Counted from the first letter of the stretch, positions 8,128 through 17,613 are shown. The stretch: 26,385 nucleotides of DNA from a virus (IMGVR_UViG_3300042560_002128:1-26385), one strand, 5' to 3'. The notes: generated by a model not told the origin, from the letters alone. Numbers and translations are program-made.

Positions 8128-8677
8128 TATAGTCCGTGTACTGCGAATAACCCAGCTTACCTCGATTCAACTCAGTCTTAATTGGAGGGTTAGTAGCTAA
8201 CCTCATAATCTCGGGATCTAAAGCTAAATTAGTTGCGCTGCTTTCAGCCAAGCTTCGCGCTATTTGAGGACCCGCTAAAAGAGTGCGGTAAAGATCCGCA
8301 GAAGTCTTACGCCCCACATCACTTACACCTTGTGTAAAAGCTCCTGCAGATTGTAGAAGAGATTTATTTAAACCCTCAGCAGATTCTGAACCGATAAGTC
8401 CAGGTCTAAAATTTAATAATGCTGGTTCATATTTCTTTGTTAAATCCGCTAAATAATTTTTATAATCTTCACGGGTTCCAGTGACATATTCGGTCGGAGT
8501 TCTTCCGGCCATCGCACTTAAAACAGGAATAGCCTCTTTAGCTTTGGTTTCGTACGTAGTGGCTTTGTCACCAACGTCTTTTACAAGTTCTTTTTGACGT
8601 TCATAGGCTTCATTAGCAGCATTTTGAATTGCTTCTCGCGCAGCACGACTTTCTCTAACGGCTGGTGACTCGCCCAT
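8120..8677 (-). CDS. hypothetical helical protein (possible internal virion protein)
   Basis: 185-aa Ala/Glu/Lys-rich ORF with AGGAG upstream. Confidence 0.65.
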   Translation of the reverse strand: MGESPAVRESRAAREAIQNAANEAYERQKELVKDVGDKATTYETKAKEAIPVLSAMAGRTPTEYVTGTREDYKNYLADLTKKYEPALLNFRPGLIGSESAEGLNKSLLQSAGAFTQGVSDVGRKTSADLYRTLLAGPQIARSLAESSATNLALDPEIMRLATNPPIKTELNRGKLGYSQYTDYNV

Positions 8678-8737
8678 GTGTACAAAAAACTCCTAGCTTT
8701 AGTTTACAGAAATTACCGATAAACAGTCGAGTTTCAC

Positions 8738-9985
8738 TTATCCTCGTCCGCTTAAAGGACTTGATCCTCGGGTTAGGTGCAGCAGCTGCACTTCACCTTT
8801 TCCAGGAATCTGAACACCTACAGTGTACCCACCGGCTCCTGTATCGCCATAGCTCCTGACTAATTTAGCTCCACCTGTTGTATAAATAGGGGTTCCGGCA
8901 CCGACACCTATGTCGATTCCTCTGTGAAACGAACTAGCACCCGCAGTTGGGGCAGTTCGTGGACCATAAGGGCTGGTTAATGGAAGCTCGCTAGGGCGTT
9001 TATTTCCAATGAGTAAATACTGATCTAATTCTTGAGGCGAAATAGGTTGACCACTTGCGTATCGAATATCTAAATGTGGTCCCGTACTAACACCTGTACT
9101 ACCTGTACGAGCGACAAACCCCATACCAGTCGTAGGTGTGTTTCTGCTAACTACATCATTCTCGTTTAACGATGCTTCAAGTTGAGCTGCTCGATCGTTA
9201 AACGATTTTACAGTCGCATAACCTTCAATCAGTTGTCCGGGTATCTGCGTAATACTGGAAACAAGATCCGTATCGTCTGCCCCTGCTGCTTGAATAGCCA
9301 ACTGTTGATATTTCGCAGCAACTTCAGGATCTTCAGCAAGAGCCGCAGCTTGTAAATAATCAGCAGCTTTGTCGCCCACGGAGCTCTGAGGCCCCATCAC
9401 CTTGGTGCCGAACTGTTTTAAAACATTCCCCATTGTCTCAACAAAGCTCATCCGAGGAAGTTTTGCGGGAGCTTTAGCCGTCGTAGTCGGTTGCCCTTCT
9501 AATCCGATAGGAGATGCCTGTCCGTAGACACGCTGTAAATCACTAAAGGATTTAACAGGTTGGCCATAGTAGCTAGCACCACTCAATGTGGGTAATGACG
9601 CCCACTCTGGAGCTAATGCAGCGGACACTCGCGGACTAAAACCCTCTTTCTGAAGGACAGCGAGACCTCCTAGAGGCATTAAGCGGTTCCGGATACCACG
9701 CAGAGCTGCTAAATCTTGTTCACGCGGACCAAAAGATCCGAGACCAAGCGCTTTTGCGTGAGACTCCCAAGTTCCAGGAAGAAACTGATAGGCTCCAGCT
9801 GCCCTGCTTCTACCTTTATATAAAGTATTCGGATGACGGCTTAAATCCGATAAAGTTCCTCCACCAAAAGTAACAGCATATGGATTTTTTGCTCCGCCAG
9901 TACCTTCGGCATAACGAAGTACAGCCAATAACCGTTGAGCTTCAGGCGTAAATCGAGCTCGTTCTAATAACTCTTTTTCGGTCAT
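8738..9985 (-). CDS. peptidoglycan hydrolase: lambda-R-like lysozyme (GH24/GH104) + M23-like domain
   Basis: N-terminal 'RYAEGT...Y...FGG...HP...AAGAYQF...TW...F.P..QD..A...EWASLP...YYGQP'; C-terminal 'GSTGVSTGPHL' and 'TSPYGPR...HRGIDI...GTPI' M23 motifs. Confidence 0.85.
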   Translation of the reverse strand: MTEKELLERARFTPEAQRLLAVLRYAEGTGGAKNPYAVTFGGGTLSDLSRHPNTLYKGRSRAAGAYQFLPGTWESHAKALGLGSFGPREQDLAALRGIRNRLMPLGGLAVLQKEGFSPRVSAALAPEWASLPTLSGASYYGQPVKSFSDLQRVYGQASPIGLEGQPTTTAKAPAKLPRMSFVETMGNVLKQFGTKVMGPQSSVGDKAADYLQAAALAEDPEVAAKYQQLAIQAAGADDTDLVSSITQIPGQLIEGYATVKSFNDRAAQLEASLNENDVVSRNTPTTGMGFVARTGSTGVSTGPHLDIRYASGQPISPQELDQYLLIGNKRPSELPLTSPYGPRTAPTAGASSFHRGIDIGVGAGTPIYTTGGAKLVRSYGDTGAGGYTVGVQIPGKGEVQLLHLTRGSSPLSGRG

Positions 9986-10019
9986 TGCGTACCGTAACCT
10001 TTATCGCCGTAATTCGATT

Positions 10020-10280
10020 CTAGACGCTTTCAGTTTGCGGTTCTTCATCGTCAAAAATACTCATGTTGGTATCTATAAGGACACCAACTTCTTGCATCAC
10101 CGTTTTATAAGCTCGCTCACGGCAGATAAGACGAAACACCGTGGTCCAAAAGAAATTGTCGCGCTCGGGCCCAGATTTCAACGCGTGAGCCTTGCTTCGG
10201 ATGCGTGTCAGCGTGAACTCGTCTTCCAGGGTCAGCCCGCAGGAGAGGTGGTTATGCCCCTTCGAATTTTTCCGGCCCAT
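10020..10280 (-). CDS. hypothetical protein (distant NblA-like 'LTLE.EF' motif, unverified)
   Basis: 86-aa ORF. 'LTLEDEFTL..I......L...E....F....RL...RE.AYK.VM' has the spacing of the NblA helical hairpin, judged by eye only. Confidence 0.5.
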   Translation of the reverse strand: MGRKNSKGHNHLSCGLTLEDEFTLTRIRSKAHALKSGPERDNFFWTTVFRLICRERAYKTVMQEVGVLIDTNMSIFDDEEPQTESV

Positions 10281-10384
10281 GATCCGAGGTCATCTAAATA
10301 CAGCATAGCTGTAACAAAAAATTTCCGCTCTAGCCGTATACTAACGTTTTCTTAGTATTTCTATTTAACACTACGTTGTTAAAA

Positions 10385-10642
10385 TTACCACATTTTACAA
10401 GACCAGTAACCTGGCGTTAGCTTGCTCTTCTTTTCATCACAGTTATGACGTGCTCTAAAGTTCTTTCTACGTTCTGGGTCGTCACTACGGTTCTCCATGT
10501 TTGCATCACCGAAGCGAACTAAGCGCACCTGATCGCCTTCTTTTGCAGCCACAGCGTATTGTTTCCCGCCCTGAATATCACGCTTTGGAGAGTTGTAGTT
10601 TTTGAAAACTTCTCCAGCAAGACGAATTGTCATGAGACTCAT
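10385..10642 (-). CDS. conserved small phage protein (DUF6321-like)
   Basis: 'VRLVRFGD..M....DDPERRKNFRARHNC......TPGYWSC..W' is a motif widespread in aquatic phages. Confidence 0.75.
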   Translation of the reverse strand: MSLMTIRLAGEVFKNYNSPKRDIQGGKQYAVAAKEGDQVRLVRFGDANMENRSDDPERRKNFRARHNCDEKKSKLTPGYWSCKMW

Positions 10643-10703
10643 GAGCTCCTAATTGATTATACCGATTGAAACCTTAAAAAGGCATTACGATCAACTTCTA
10701 ACG

Positions 10704-10731
10704 TTGCAACACATGAAATCAGGGTTACTAT
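10704..10731 (+). promoter_or_regulatory. putative sigma70-type promoter for the HTH-dps pair
   Basis: TTGCAA (10704-10709), 16-nt spacer, TACTAT (10726-10731), about 30 nt upstream of the ATG at 10762. Confidence 0.45.
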
Positions 10732-10761
10732 GTCACAGTTGCTTCCTGTTAAAAGCACCAA

Positions 10762-11031
10762 ATGACGGACAGTAAAACCCTTCTCACGATTGCGGAAACG
10801 GCAGAACTTCTTAATTGCAGCTCTGGGTTTGTCCGTAAGCGCATCGCGCTCTCTGAAGCCAACCAGCCCGGTGGGTGGCCTAAGTCGATCTATGTAAACC
10901 TTCAACCTAATGGTGCGAAGTCGCTGTATCGCGTTAATCGCACTGCTCTCGAAGAATACCTTCAAAACGCAGCACCCGCTAAAGTAGAAACGGAAGAAAA
11001 CTTCGAACCCGCTGCAGCCTGCAGCTTCTGA
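10762..11031 (+). CDS. excisionase/MerR-like HTH protein
   Basis: 'LLTIAETAELLNCSSGFVRKRI...SLYRVNRTALEEYL' fits the HTH_17 pattern. Confidence 0.75.
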   Translation: MTDSKTLLTIAETAELLNCSSGFVRKRIALSEANQPGGWPKSIYVNLQPNGAKSLYRVNRTALEEYLQNAAPAKVETEENFEPAAACSF

Positions 11032-11032
11032 A

Positions 11033-11572
11033 ATGGTTTACTCAACTTCGAGCCCTGAAGATATTTCGGGGATGCTCCAACGGCAACCTGTTGCAGTAGA
11101 AACAATCGAAGTTGAAACGCAAGAAAGGGTCACAGTGGAGGGACTAGCTTCTCTCCTGGTGACCCTTTCATCTGCTCTAACACATTTGTACATACAATCA
11201 CATTTAATTCATTTGAACGTTGAAGGGCCTTTATTTTTGCCCGTACACGAATTTTTAAAAGGGCAGTACGAATCCCACGTCGATCAGCTTGATAAAACCG
11301 CCGAGTTTGTTCGCACTCTCGACGTGTTCATGCCGATGTGCGAAAAAGGACTTTTAGGAGCGTGCAAGCCTTTTAAGCATGTTAAGAGCTACGAATGTCG
11401 CGATATGCTAATGACGTATTTAAAAAACTTAGAAGATATTGGTATGCAGGCTAAGGACGTCGGTGAGTACGCGAAAGAACTAAAAGCTCCCGATGTTGAA
11501 AATTATATGGCCGAACTCGTGGGCGAAATGTTCAAAGCTGCTTGGTTTATCAAGAGCACTCTTCGGGGTTAA
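11033..11572 (+). CDS. dps: Dps/ferritin-like protein
   Basis: 'H..HLNVEGPLFLPVHEFL..QY.....QLDKTAEFVRTL...KAAWFIKS' matches the Dps signature (H..HWNV.G..F...H..F...Y...D..AER...K..W.L.S). Confidence 0.8.
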   Translation: MVYSTSSPEDISGMLQRQPVAVETIEVETQERVTVEGLASLLVTLSSALTHLYIQSHLIHLNVEGPLFLPVHEFLKGQYESHVDQLDKTAEFVRTLDVFMPMCEKGLLGACKPFKHVKSYECRDMLMTYLKNLEDIGMQAKDVGEYAKELKAPDVENYMAELVGEMFKAAWFIKSTLRG

Positions 11573-12162
11573 ACAAGCGCCCACGCGTTAGCCGCTCGCA
11601 CATATAATCCGCTTGGAAAACTACCTGAAGTAACGGTTAAGTAAACCAAAGAACCTGACGGACTTGTGCTGGCAGCGGGAAGACCGCCAGGCAATACGGA
11701 TGAAGTAACAATTGCTCCAGAAGCTGAAATAGCTCCTGACGCCATGATTGCTCCAGAAGCTGAAATAGCTCCTGACGCCATGATTGTGGAACCAGCAACA
11801 GTAGCAAAGTTGGCGCTTCCTGCAGTTCCAGCAACCGTGGCCGAGTCAGCGATTAAAGCACCTACTTTTTGCCACGTTGAGCCCGTCCATACACGCAAGT
11901 AATAAGAACTTGTCGAGCTGTCTACCCACTGTTCCCCTACTGAATTTCCGGCCAAACCGACGGGTGTTGAATTAGGTGCAGTAGCCCCATAATGCGTAGG
12001 GCCTACTTTTCGAATATTTCCTGCCGAATCTTTAAAGTACGCACCCGGATCAGTGGCACCAAAACAGATTGCTGGTTCACCAGCGCTAACCGCCACGCCG
12101 CTTGGTCGATCCGAGGAATTACCTGATCTCTTTAATAAAATAGTTACAGGAGTTGAAGTCAT
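11569..12162 (-). CDS. tail fibre-like structural protein
   Basis: N-terminal 'ILLKRS.....RP......GEPAI......G.YFKDS.G..RKVGP...G.TAPN...G..GNS.GE.W.D' is typical of cyanophage fibre/hyaluronidase-like N-termini. Confidence 0.7.
   Translation of the reverse strand: MTSTPVTILLKRSGNSSDRPSGVAVSAGEPAICFGATDPGAYFKDSAGNIRKVGPTHYGATAPNSTPVGLAGNSVGEQWVDSSTSSYYLRVWTGSTWQKVGALIADSATVAGTAGSANFATVAGSTIMASGAISASGAIMASGAISASGAIVTSSVLPGGLPAASTSPSGSLVYLTVTSGSFPSGLYVRAANAWALV
11711..11786. repeat. perfect 36-bp tandem duplication (IMASGAISASGA)
   Basis: attgctccagaagctgaaatagctcctgacgccatg occurs at 11711-11746 and 11747-11782. Confidence 0.9.
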
Positions 12163-12163
12163 A

Positions 12164-13702
12164 TCAATAAGTTCCTCCGTTTATATAGAAAGATAAAGAC
12201 GAAGGAGGTATCACAACACCGTTACTGTACTCGCCTCCATCTAAAACTGCAGTAGAAGTTGTAACGGTAACGCCGTTCGAATACACTCCACCATCGTAAA
12301 TATCTTGGGGTGTGCTAGCCGGGTTTAAAGGATTATATTGATCTAAAGTAAAAAGTTCAAAATTAGTATCTTGTAGCTCTGTAAAATCGTCTAACTGCCC
12401 GAAATTTAAAGTTTTTGCTACAACGTTATATTTGTCAGGATACAGAAGATGTTTTGGTAAACCGCTAAGAGACGGACTGTAGCGTTGCCACCAGATAAAA
12501 TCTTCATTGCGCTTTAAAAAATCTGTTTGTTTTTGTAAATTCTTTTCAAACTTTTCTCTGTAATACTCGTTTAGAGGTTCATCAGCAGGTTGCGTTAGAT
12601 TATACGAAGTGTTATTACTTAAATTAAACTTTCGCTGCAGATCCCAGAAAGCAGCGTAAATGTGCTTACACCATTTTGGTTGATAATAATATAAATTTAC
12701 ATCTGAATATATAGGCGTATCATCATACCGGGGAGTCCTGTAAGCATTAGTTAAATATATAAATCCAAATGTTCTTACGTATCCAGGAAAGTCATTTGAC
12801 AGCGCAACTCGGTCACTGTCTAGTGAACCAGTGTCATAAAAACCTGGGTCTAAGTTTAAGATTTTTGTATAGGGATATCTCTGTTTAAGCGATAAATTAT
12901 AAAAGTTAAAACTTTCTCGAGCTAAAAAATCTTGACACGTACACTGAGTGCGAATTTCCGTGGTTAAAAATTCGCCTACAGCAGGCGGACCTAAAGCAGG
13001 AACAGACAGCTGTGTACTATCTACAACAGTCCAACTATTATCTTCAGAAAAAGATAAAAATAAAGTATTAAAATTTGGATCGACACTAGGTTCTTTAGGA
13101 ACGCCGTTTAAACCCACAGCGATTACTGTGTAATTATTGTATCCGTACGGTTTTGCTGTGCCGTCAGCATTAAATCTATTTGAAAGAACTTCACCTTTAA
13201 AATATGAAATTGGAGAACCAAAATTTTGGCTCAGAATTACGGCATAAGTATTTTCGTTATATAGACTCACAGAACTTACAGAAATACCAAAGTCCAAAAA
13301 ATTAAACGTATCTCTGGGTCTAATACCTACTAAGTGCATTCTCATATCCGCTCTTTTTGTTGGATATGCAAAAAATATCCCCGGTATGTATCCGCCAACC
13401 CCTGCGGTACCAGATACATAATATTTGAAAGACGAATAAACTAAACCGGAATACGCTTGCTGCGTATACATGCTTAGTTCATAACCACGGCGCCAACGTG
13501 CCCACAATGACGCGTAATCATAATCACTAAGTAAACTGAAATCTTTTGTGTTTGTTGCTGGACGAAATCTACGTTCAAAATGAAGCGGACGTGAAAGTTG
13601 ACCTTGATTATCTGCTCCAAAAACATCGTGAGGACGTTTAACGCCCTCGTTGGCCTTAAAAGAGTTGAAATTAAAGTTGTCCGATCCTTTTCGGCGGCTC
13701 AT
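12164..13702 (-). CDS. large protein with a split SWIM-like Zn finger
   Basis: 'CTCQDF' and 'WCKHIYA' motifs, with C-terminal DGG.Y repeats. Confidence 0.65.
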   Translation of the reverse strand: MSRRKGSDNFNFNSFKANEGVKRPHDVFGADNQGQLSRPLHFERRFRPATNTKDFSLLSDYDYASLWARWRRGYELSMYTQQAYSGLVYSSFKYYVSGTAGVGGYIPGIFFAYPTKRADMRMHLVGIRPRDTFNFLDFGISVSSVSLYNENTYAVILSQNFGSPISYFKGEVLSNRFNADGTAKPYGYNNYTVIAVGLNGVPKEPSVDPNFNTLFLSFSEDNSWTVVDSTQLSVPALGPPAVGEFLTTEIRTQCTCQDFLARESFNFYNLSLKQRYPYTKILNLDPGFYDTGSLDSDRVALSNDFPGYVRTFGFIYLTNAYRTPRYDDTPIYSDVNLYYYQPKWCKHIYAAFWDLQRKFNLSNNTSYNLTQPADEPLNEYYREKFEKNLQKQTDFLKRNEDFIWWQRYSPSLSGLPKHLLYPDKYNVVAKTLNFGQLDDFTELQDTNFELFTLDQYNPLNPASTPQDIYDGGVYSNGVTVTTSTAVLDGGEYSNGVVIPPSSLSFYINGGTY

Positions 13703-13705
13703 TTA

Positions 13706-14263
13706 TCAATAGAATCCGCCTTGCGACCAGATGGTAATACCGGAAGGACTCAAACCACCCGAAACGGAGGTAGGTCCGTTACCGAGATAACCGGCACACA
13801 GAATGTAACCTTTTTCAAGGTATAAACCTTCACCTTTACCGATCTGAATAGGAGCGATCAGCGTGGTATCCCCAACTTGAGGAACAGGAGCATTAACAGC
13901 AAAAAGTTGAATTGGAAGCGGATAACCAAAAGTGCTGCCACTTAAACCGACTTCAAAGCGGCCAACCATCAAAGCAGCAGAGGTGGAGGGAGCTGCTTGG
14001 TTAGGCGCATAGACATACAACGCAATGTCAGCAGTACGGATACCGCTGCGGTCCGGATAATCTTCGTTAGAAACGATAGTTATATCTTCTACAAAAGCAC
14101 CATCCTCAGTTGGGAGGTCACCCACACGGACTAGCTGGATCAGATCCCCAAGACTCGGACTGGAAGGATTAGAAACGGTCGAAGTCGCGTTAGTGATCCG
14201 AGCACCCCGTAAAAAAGGGCGATCAATCAGACAAGGAGATTTGTTGGTGCTTGTTGTTGCCAT
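13706..14263 (-). CDS. putative virion structural protein
   Basis: 185-aa beta-rich ORF within the structural block. Confidence 0.6.
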   Translation of the reverse strand: MATTSTNKSPCLIDRPFLRGARITNATSTVSNPSSPSLGDLIQLVRVGDLPTEDGAFVEDITIVSNEDYPDRSGIRTADIALYVYAPNQAAPSTSAALMVGRFEVGLSGSTFGYPLPIQLFAVNAPVPQVGDTTLIAPIQIGKGEGLYLEKGYILCAGYLGNGPTSVSGGLSPSGITIWSQGGFY

Positions 14264-14272
14264 GATTAAATT

Positions 14273-14677
14273 TTAAACAGAGAAGGTGTCAGCAAACATA
14301 CCCGATAAAAGCGGGCGGATAAGAGGGTTATTCGTAGCGCCTTGTTTTTGAGAAATTTGCGCCAACATTGCGGTTAGAGGATCTTGTTTCCCTTTATTAA
14401 GGTATCGTGCAAGGTTTTCTTGCGCCATACGCACCGGAGGGCCTCCACGGAGGGCGTTTCCTATTCCTTCAGCTAAAGCCCCTGCACCGTATAAAAAACC
14501 AGGAAAGTCAAATTTAGACTCTTCTGCTGTAGGCTTGAAAGATTGACTATAGTCTGTTTTTGGGACAGCATAGTAATCTACTAAGCCGGGATTTGGTCCG
14601 TAATCACGGTAGGCGTCATAATCAGCGCTACCGTAATTATAAAAATTCGAACTGTTGTAGTTATCGAAATAGCCCAT
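14273..14677 (-). CDS. hypothetical protein
   Basis: 134-aa ORF with a Tyr-rich N-terminus, co-oriented in the operon. Confidence 0.65.
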   Translation of the reverse strand: MGYFDNYNSSNFYNYGSADYDAYRDYGPNPGLVDYYAVPKTDYSQSFKPTAEESKFDFPGFLYGAGALAEGIGNALRGGPPVRMAQENLARYLNKGKQDPLTAMLAQISQKQGATNNPLIRPLLSGMFADTFSV

Positions 14678-14712
14678 AGTTTTTTAAAGTAAGGAATTTA
14701 TCTACAGAAAGT

Positions 14713-15906
14713 CTAGTATCCCATAGGAATACGAGCTCGCGATAGAGCTATTGAGAAGTCGGTAGGAAGCGGCTTAAGGCTAGGAACTAATTGAGGCATA
14801 ACAGTAGCTCCAATGTCAGAAGCTCCTTGTGATCCAAATGCGGTACCTACAGCAGCCGAAGCAGACCCAAGAGCATTATTAGTAAAATTAGTACCCATTG
14901 GGGTAGAAATTTCAACGCCACGTGCCTGAGGCATTTGCTGCGAGGGCATAGCGCGATTTCCCTTCATCCGCTCTAATAATTCATAAGTCAACTCGGGATT
15001 AGAACCAGCCCAAGTGCGAATATCAGCCTCCGAATAACGGGGATCTTGTTGAGCTAATTCGCCTACGAGAGCGCGGGCAACATCGGGTTGATTAGCGTAC
15101 CGTTCACGCTGAGCGTAATACGTAGCAATGTCTGGGTAGTTTTCAGCAGAGGGACTGCCAGGCATGAAGGGCATCTGCGAAGTTGCCTTGGCCTGTTGAA
15201 TAGCTTGAATCAACTCACTCTGCCTAGTACGAGCAGCGGGAGTACCCATAAATCCGGGAGAAGGAAGTTGTTGACCAGCTCCCATGGGAGAGAAGGAAGC
15301 TTCAACAATGCCAGTAACCGCAGGAGTCAAAGGGCCGGTTTCCGGGGTAGCCGTGGGCTGACCCATCGGAGTTTGAGCTTGCTCAGCGTCGGGCCTAAAA
15401 GCATTAACTAAAGCAGCTGAACCTGCCATAGTTCCGGCAGAAGCAGCGACCAGACCAGCTCTACGCAAGAGTGAGCCGAGGTCTAATTGCTGAACACCAC
15501 CGGCTGCATTTCCAAAAGCAACATCAACAGGAATATCTGCAGATGTCAGTGCTTGAGTATTAACAGTAAATTCCGGTTTAGGGGCCGGATTAATAGAAGT
15601 GCGGAAGTTGGGTTCTGGAGCGGGACGACCCATCGGAACATTCCGAGCAGGCATTGTCGTAGGACGAACAGCCCTAACACCACCTAAAGGAAGCTCTAAC
15701 TGACCAGGAGAAGTTCGCATAACTTCTCTGGCGGGGGCTGCAACCGGACGGACATTCGGCTCAACAGGAGTCGTACGAATAAAGGGTGCGCTATTTCCTC
15801 TTACAGATTTCTTAAAGTTATAAGCTTCTCCTAGTGTGTTACCTGCTTCTCTTTTAAGAAGCTCACCTTGCATAAATCTGCGGACCTGATCTAAAAGACT
15901 TGACAT
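14713..15906 (-). CDS. Pro/Ala/Gln-rich protein (possible internal virion/ejection protein)
   Basis: 397-aa low-complexity ORF with one hydrophobic Ala/Gly stretch. Confidence 0.65.
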   Translation of the reverse strand: MSSLLDQVRRFMQGELLKREAGNTLGEAYNFKKSVRGNSAPFIRTTPVEPNVRPVAAPAREVMRTSPGQLELPLGGVRAVRPTTMPARNVPMGRPAPEPNFRTSINPAPKPEFTVNTQALTSADIPVDVAFGNAAGGVQQLDLGSLLRRAGLVAASAGTMAGSAALVNAFRPDAEQAQTPMGQPTATPETGPLTPAVTGIVEASFSPMGAGQQLPSPGFMGTPAARTRQSELIQAIQQAKATSQMPFMPGSPSAENYPDIATYYAQRERYANQPDVARALVGELAQQDPRYSEADIRTWAGSNPELTYELLERMKGNRAMPSQQMPQARGVEISTPMGTNFTNNALGSASAAVGTAFGSQGASDIGATVMPQLVPSLKPLPTDFSIALSRARIPMGY

Positions 15907-15932
15907 CTAAGTACAAAAATCCTGTAGTTATC

Positions 15933-16553
15933 TTAGCGCCAGTTTGCATAGAAGTACAAACGATCAGATCGCGAAATATCAGGAGGTCCAGGTATAGCTT
16001 GAATAAATTCAGCACCACTACGTTCAAAACGATACCGAGCTGCCACGGGGTCTCTGTAATTTGGGACGTAGAGCATGTGCGCTAAACGATCACACTCATA
16101 TAGATAATTTTCCCGCCAAATCCGAGCAGTTTCCCGCTTATCTTGAATATTAATTGAACGACTAACGTCACCAAGAATTGTTTCCTGACGGCTAGTTGCT
16201 CGACCCGTGGCAAGCTCAGTTAGCCTCTCAGCTTCCTCACAGCGCTCAATTTGCTGGACAATTTTATCGTAGTAGAATTCACTAGGAATACTATTACACG
16301 CTTCCATTAACCTGGCGTAATCACCAGCAGGAACAGTAGCGATGTTATATCCTAGGTGATATGCTGTACGACTAAAGTTAAAATCGTCAAGCCTATAACC
16401 AAATACCTGTGCCGGATTACGCGTTAGCTGATTAATCGCGGCATAAACTACTTCGCGCTTAGTAGCGTCTGTAGTATCAGGTTGAAAAACAACACCTTGC
16501 TGAGCTAGGTAACTTTGAATTTGTTCTAGCTCTTGCGTGCTTAACTGTGCCAC
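15933..16553 (-). CDS. putative head completion/adaptor protein
   Basis: 206-aa helical ORF ('YHLGY' motif) downstream of the capsid genes; GTG start with GAGGA upstream. Function inferred from position. Confidence 0.5.
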   Translation of the reverse strand: MAQLSTQELEQIQSYLAQQGVVFQPDTTDATKREVVYAAINQLTRNPAQVFGYRLDDFNFSRTAYHLGYNIATVPAGDYARLMEACNSIPSEFYYDKIVQQIERCEEAERLTELATGRATSRQETILGDVSRSINIQDKRETARIWRENYLYECDRLAHMLYVPNYRDPVAARYRFERSGAEFIQAIPGPPDISRSDRLYFYANWR

Positions 16554-16595
16554 GGGTGTTGTTATCCTCTTTTTTTATTCTAAATTACTTAAAAA

Positions 16596-17030
16596 TTATT
16601 CGACATAAACGTGATCGCCTTCTAAAACTTCGTCCCAGTTGATGTTTTTAATGGACTTCAACTGATCAAGTTTGGTAAAGCGCTCACCCGGTTGAGCTTG
16701 TTGTAGCTCCTTAATTTCAGTAGCGGTCTTCATTCCTACGCCTTTAAGAACCTGCGTTAAAAGCTGCGGTGTGGCGCTATTGATGTTGATGCGGGTGAAT
16801 GCTTGCACCTCCGGCTTAACTACCTGCCGACCACGACGTTGCTTAACGTGTTTTTCGCTCTCCTTGGTTTCTGTAACTTTTTCATCAATCTGGTTCTTGT
16901 GGGCAAAGAAAACTTTTCCAGTCGTTAAAGAACGCACCATGAAGTATTCTCCTTCATCGTGTGAGCTGACAACCTCTACTTTTACACCGTTGGGGGTGTA
17001 AGTGAATTCTTTGGCCTGTGTAGCAGTCAT
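16596..17030 (-). CDS. helix-hairpin-helix DNA-binding protein (ComEA-like C-terminal domain)
   Basis: 'ININSAT...L..VLKGVG..TA.EI.......GERFTKLDQLKSI' fits the HHH_3 pattern. Confidence 0.8.
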   Translation of the reverse strand: MTATQAKEFTYTPNGVKVEVVSSHDEGEYFMVRSLTTGKVFFAHKNQIDEKVTETKESEKHVKQRRGRQVVKPEVQAFTRININSATPQLLTQVLKGVGMKTATEIKELQQAQPGERFTKLDQLKSIKNINWDEVLEGDHVYVE

Positions 17031-17088
17031 TATGTGAACAGTATCTGTGACAATTTTACATTAAAATGACTTAAGAGCTTGAGAAAAA

Positions 17089-17613
17089 ATGCCTGCTTTT
17101 AAATTCGCGGGAAACTTGCGTGGACTATTAAGGGCTACTCCTGGTGTCGGTGACATATTAAATACAGTTTTGGAAGCAGCTGATCAAATTCAAGCTGGAG
17201 TTCCTATACAGAGAGCTGTAACTAGAGCAATTCCTGTTGGTGCAGTTGGATTAGCTACCAATATTTATGATCCGTTGGGAGTTACTAATATGGCACCTAC
17301 GGTAGTTAGATTAGCTGGAGATGTTGCTAAGCAATTAGATTTCGCAAAAAAAGCGCGATTACAAAGCCCTCCAATAACTTCAGGGAGAGATCCGAGAATT
17401 GTGAATGCTGCAGAAAATATTATGCTTCAAATGTGGCAGGATCCCCAAGAAGTTGAAAAAGCAGCAAAAGTTCTAGATAAATTTAACAGCGAAGCAGCAG
17501 CGCGTTATATTGTCGATAAAACTGATCCGTTAACAAAAGAAGGACAATTTTCCGCCGACCCTACTGAACGATTACAACAATTACAAGAATTTTTGTCCAG
17601 AACAAATAGATAA
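17089..17613 (+). CDS. hypothetical protein, lone plus-strand gene in the structural module
   Basis: 174-aa ORF with TAAAAT upstream (17062-17067), ending at the terminator hairpin. Confidence 0.7.
   Translation: MPAFKFAGNLRGLLRATPGVGDILNTVLEAADQIQAGVPIQRAVTRAIPVGAVGLATNIYDPLGVTNMAPTVVRLAGDVAKQLDFAKKARLQSPPITSGRDPRIVNAAENIMLQMWQDPQEVEKAAKVLDKFNSEAAARYIVDKTDPLTKEGQFSADPTERLQQLQEFLSRTNR

Noticed and set aside
11711-11786. CRISPR-like 36-bp repeat
   Set aside because: Copies are directly adjacent with no spacer and are in frame within a coding sequence.
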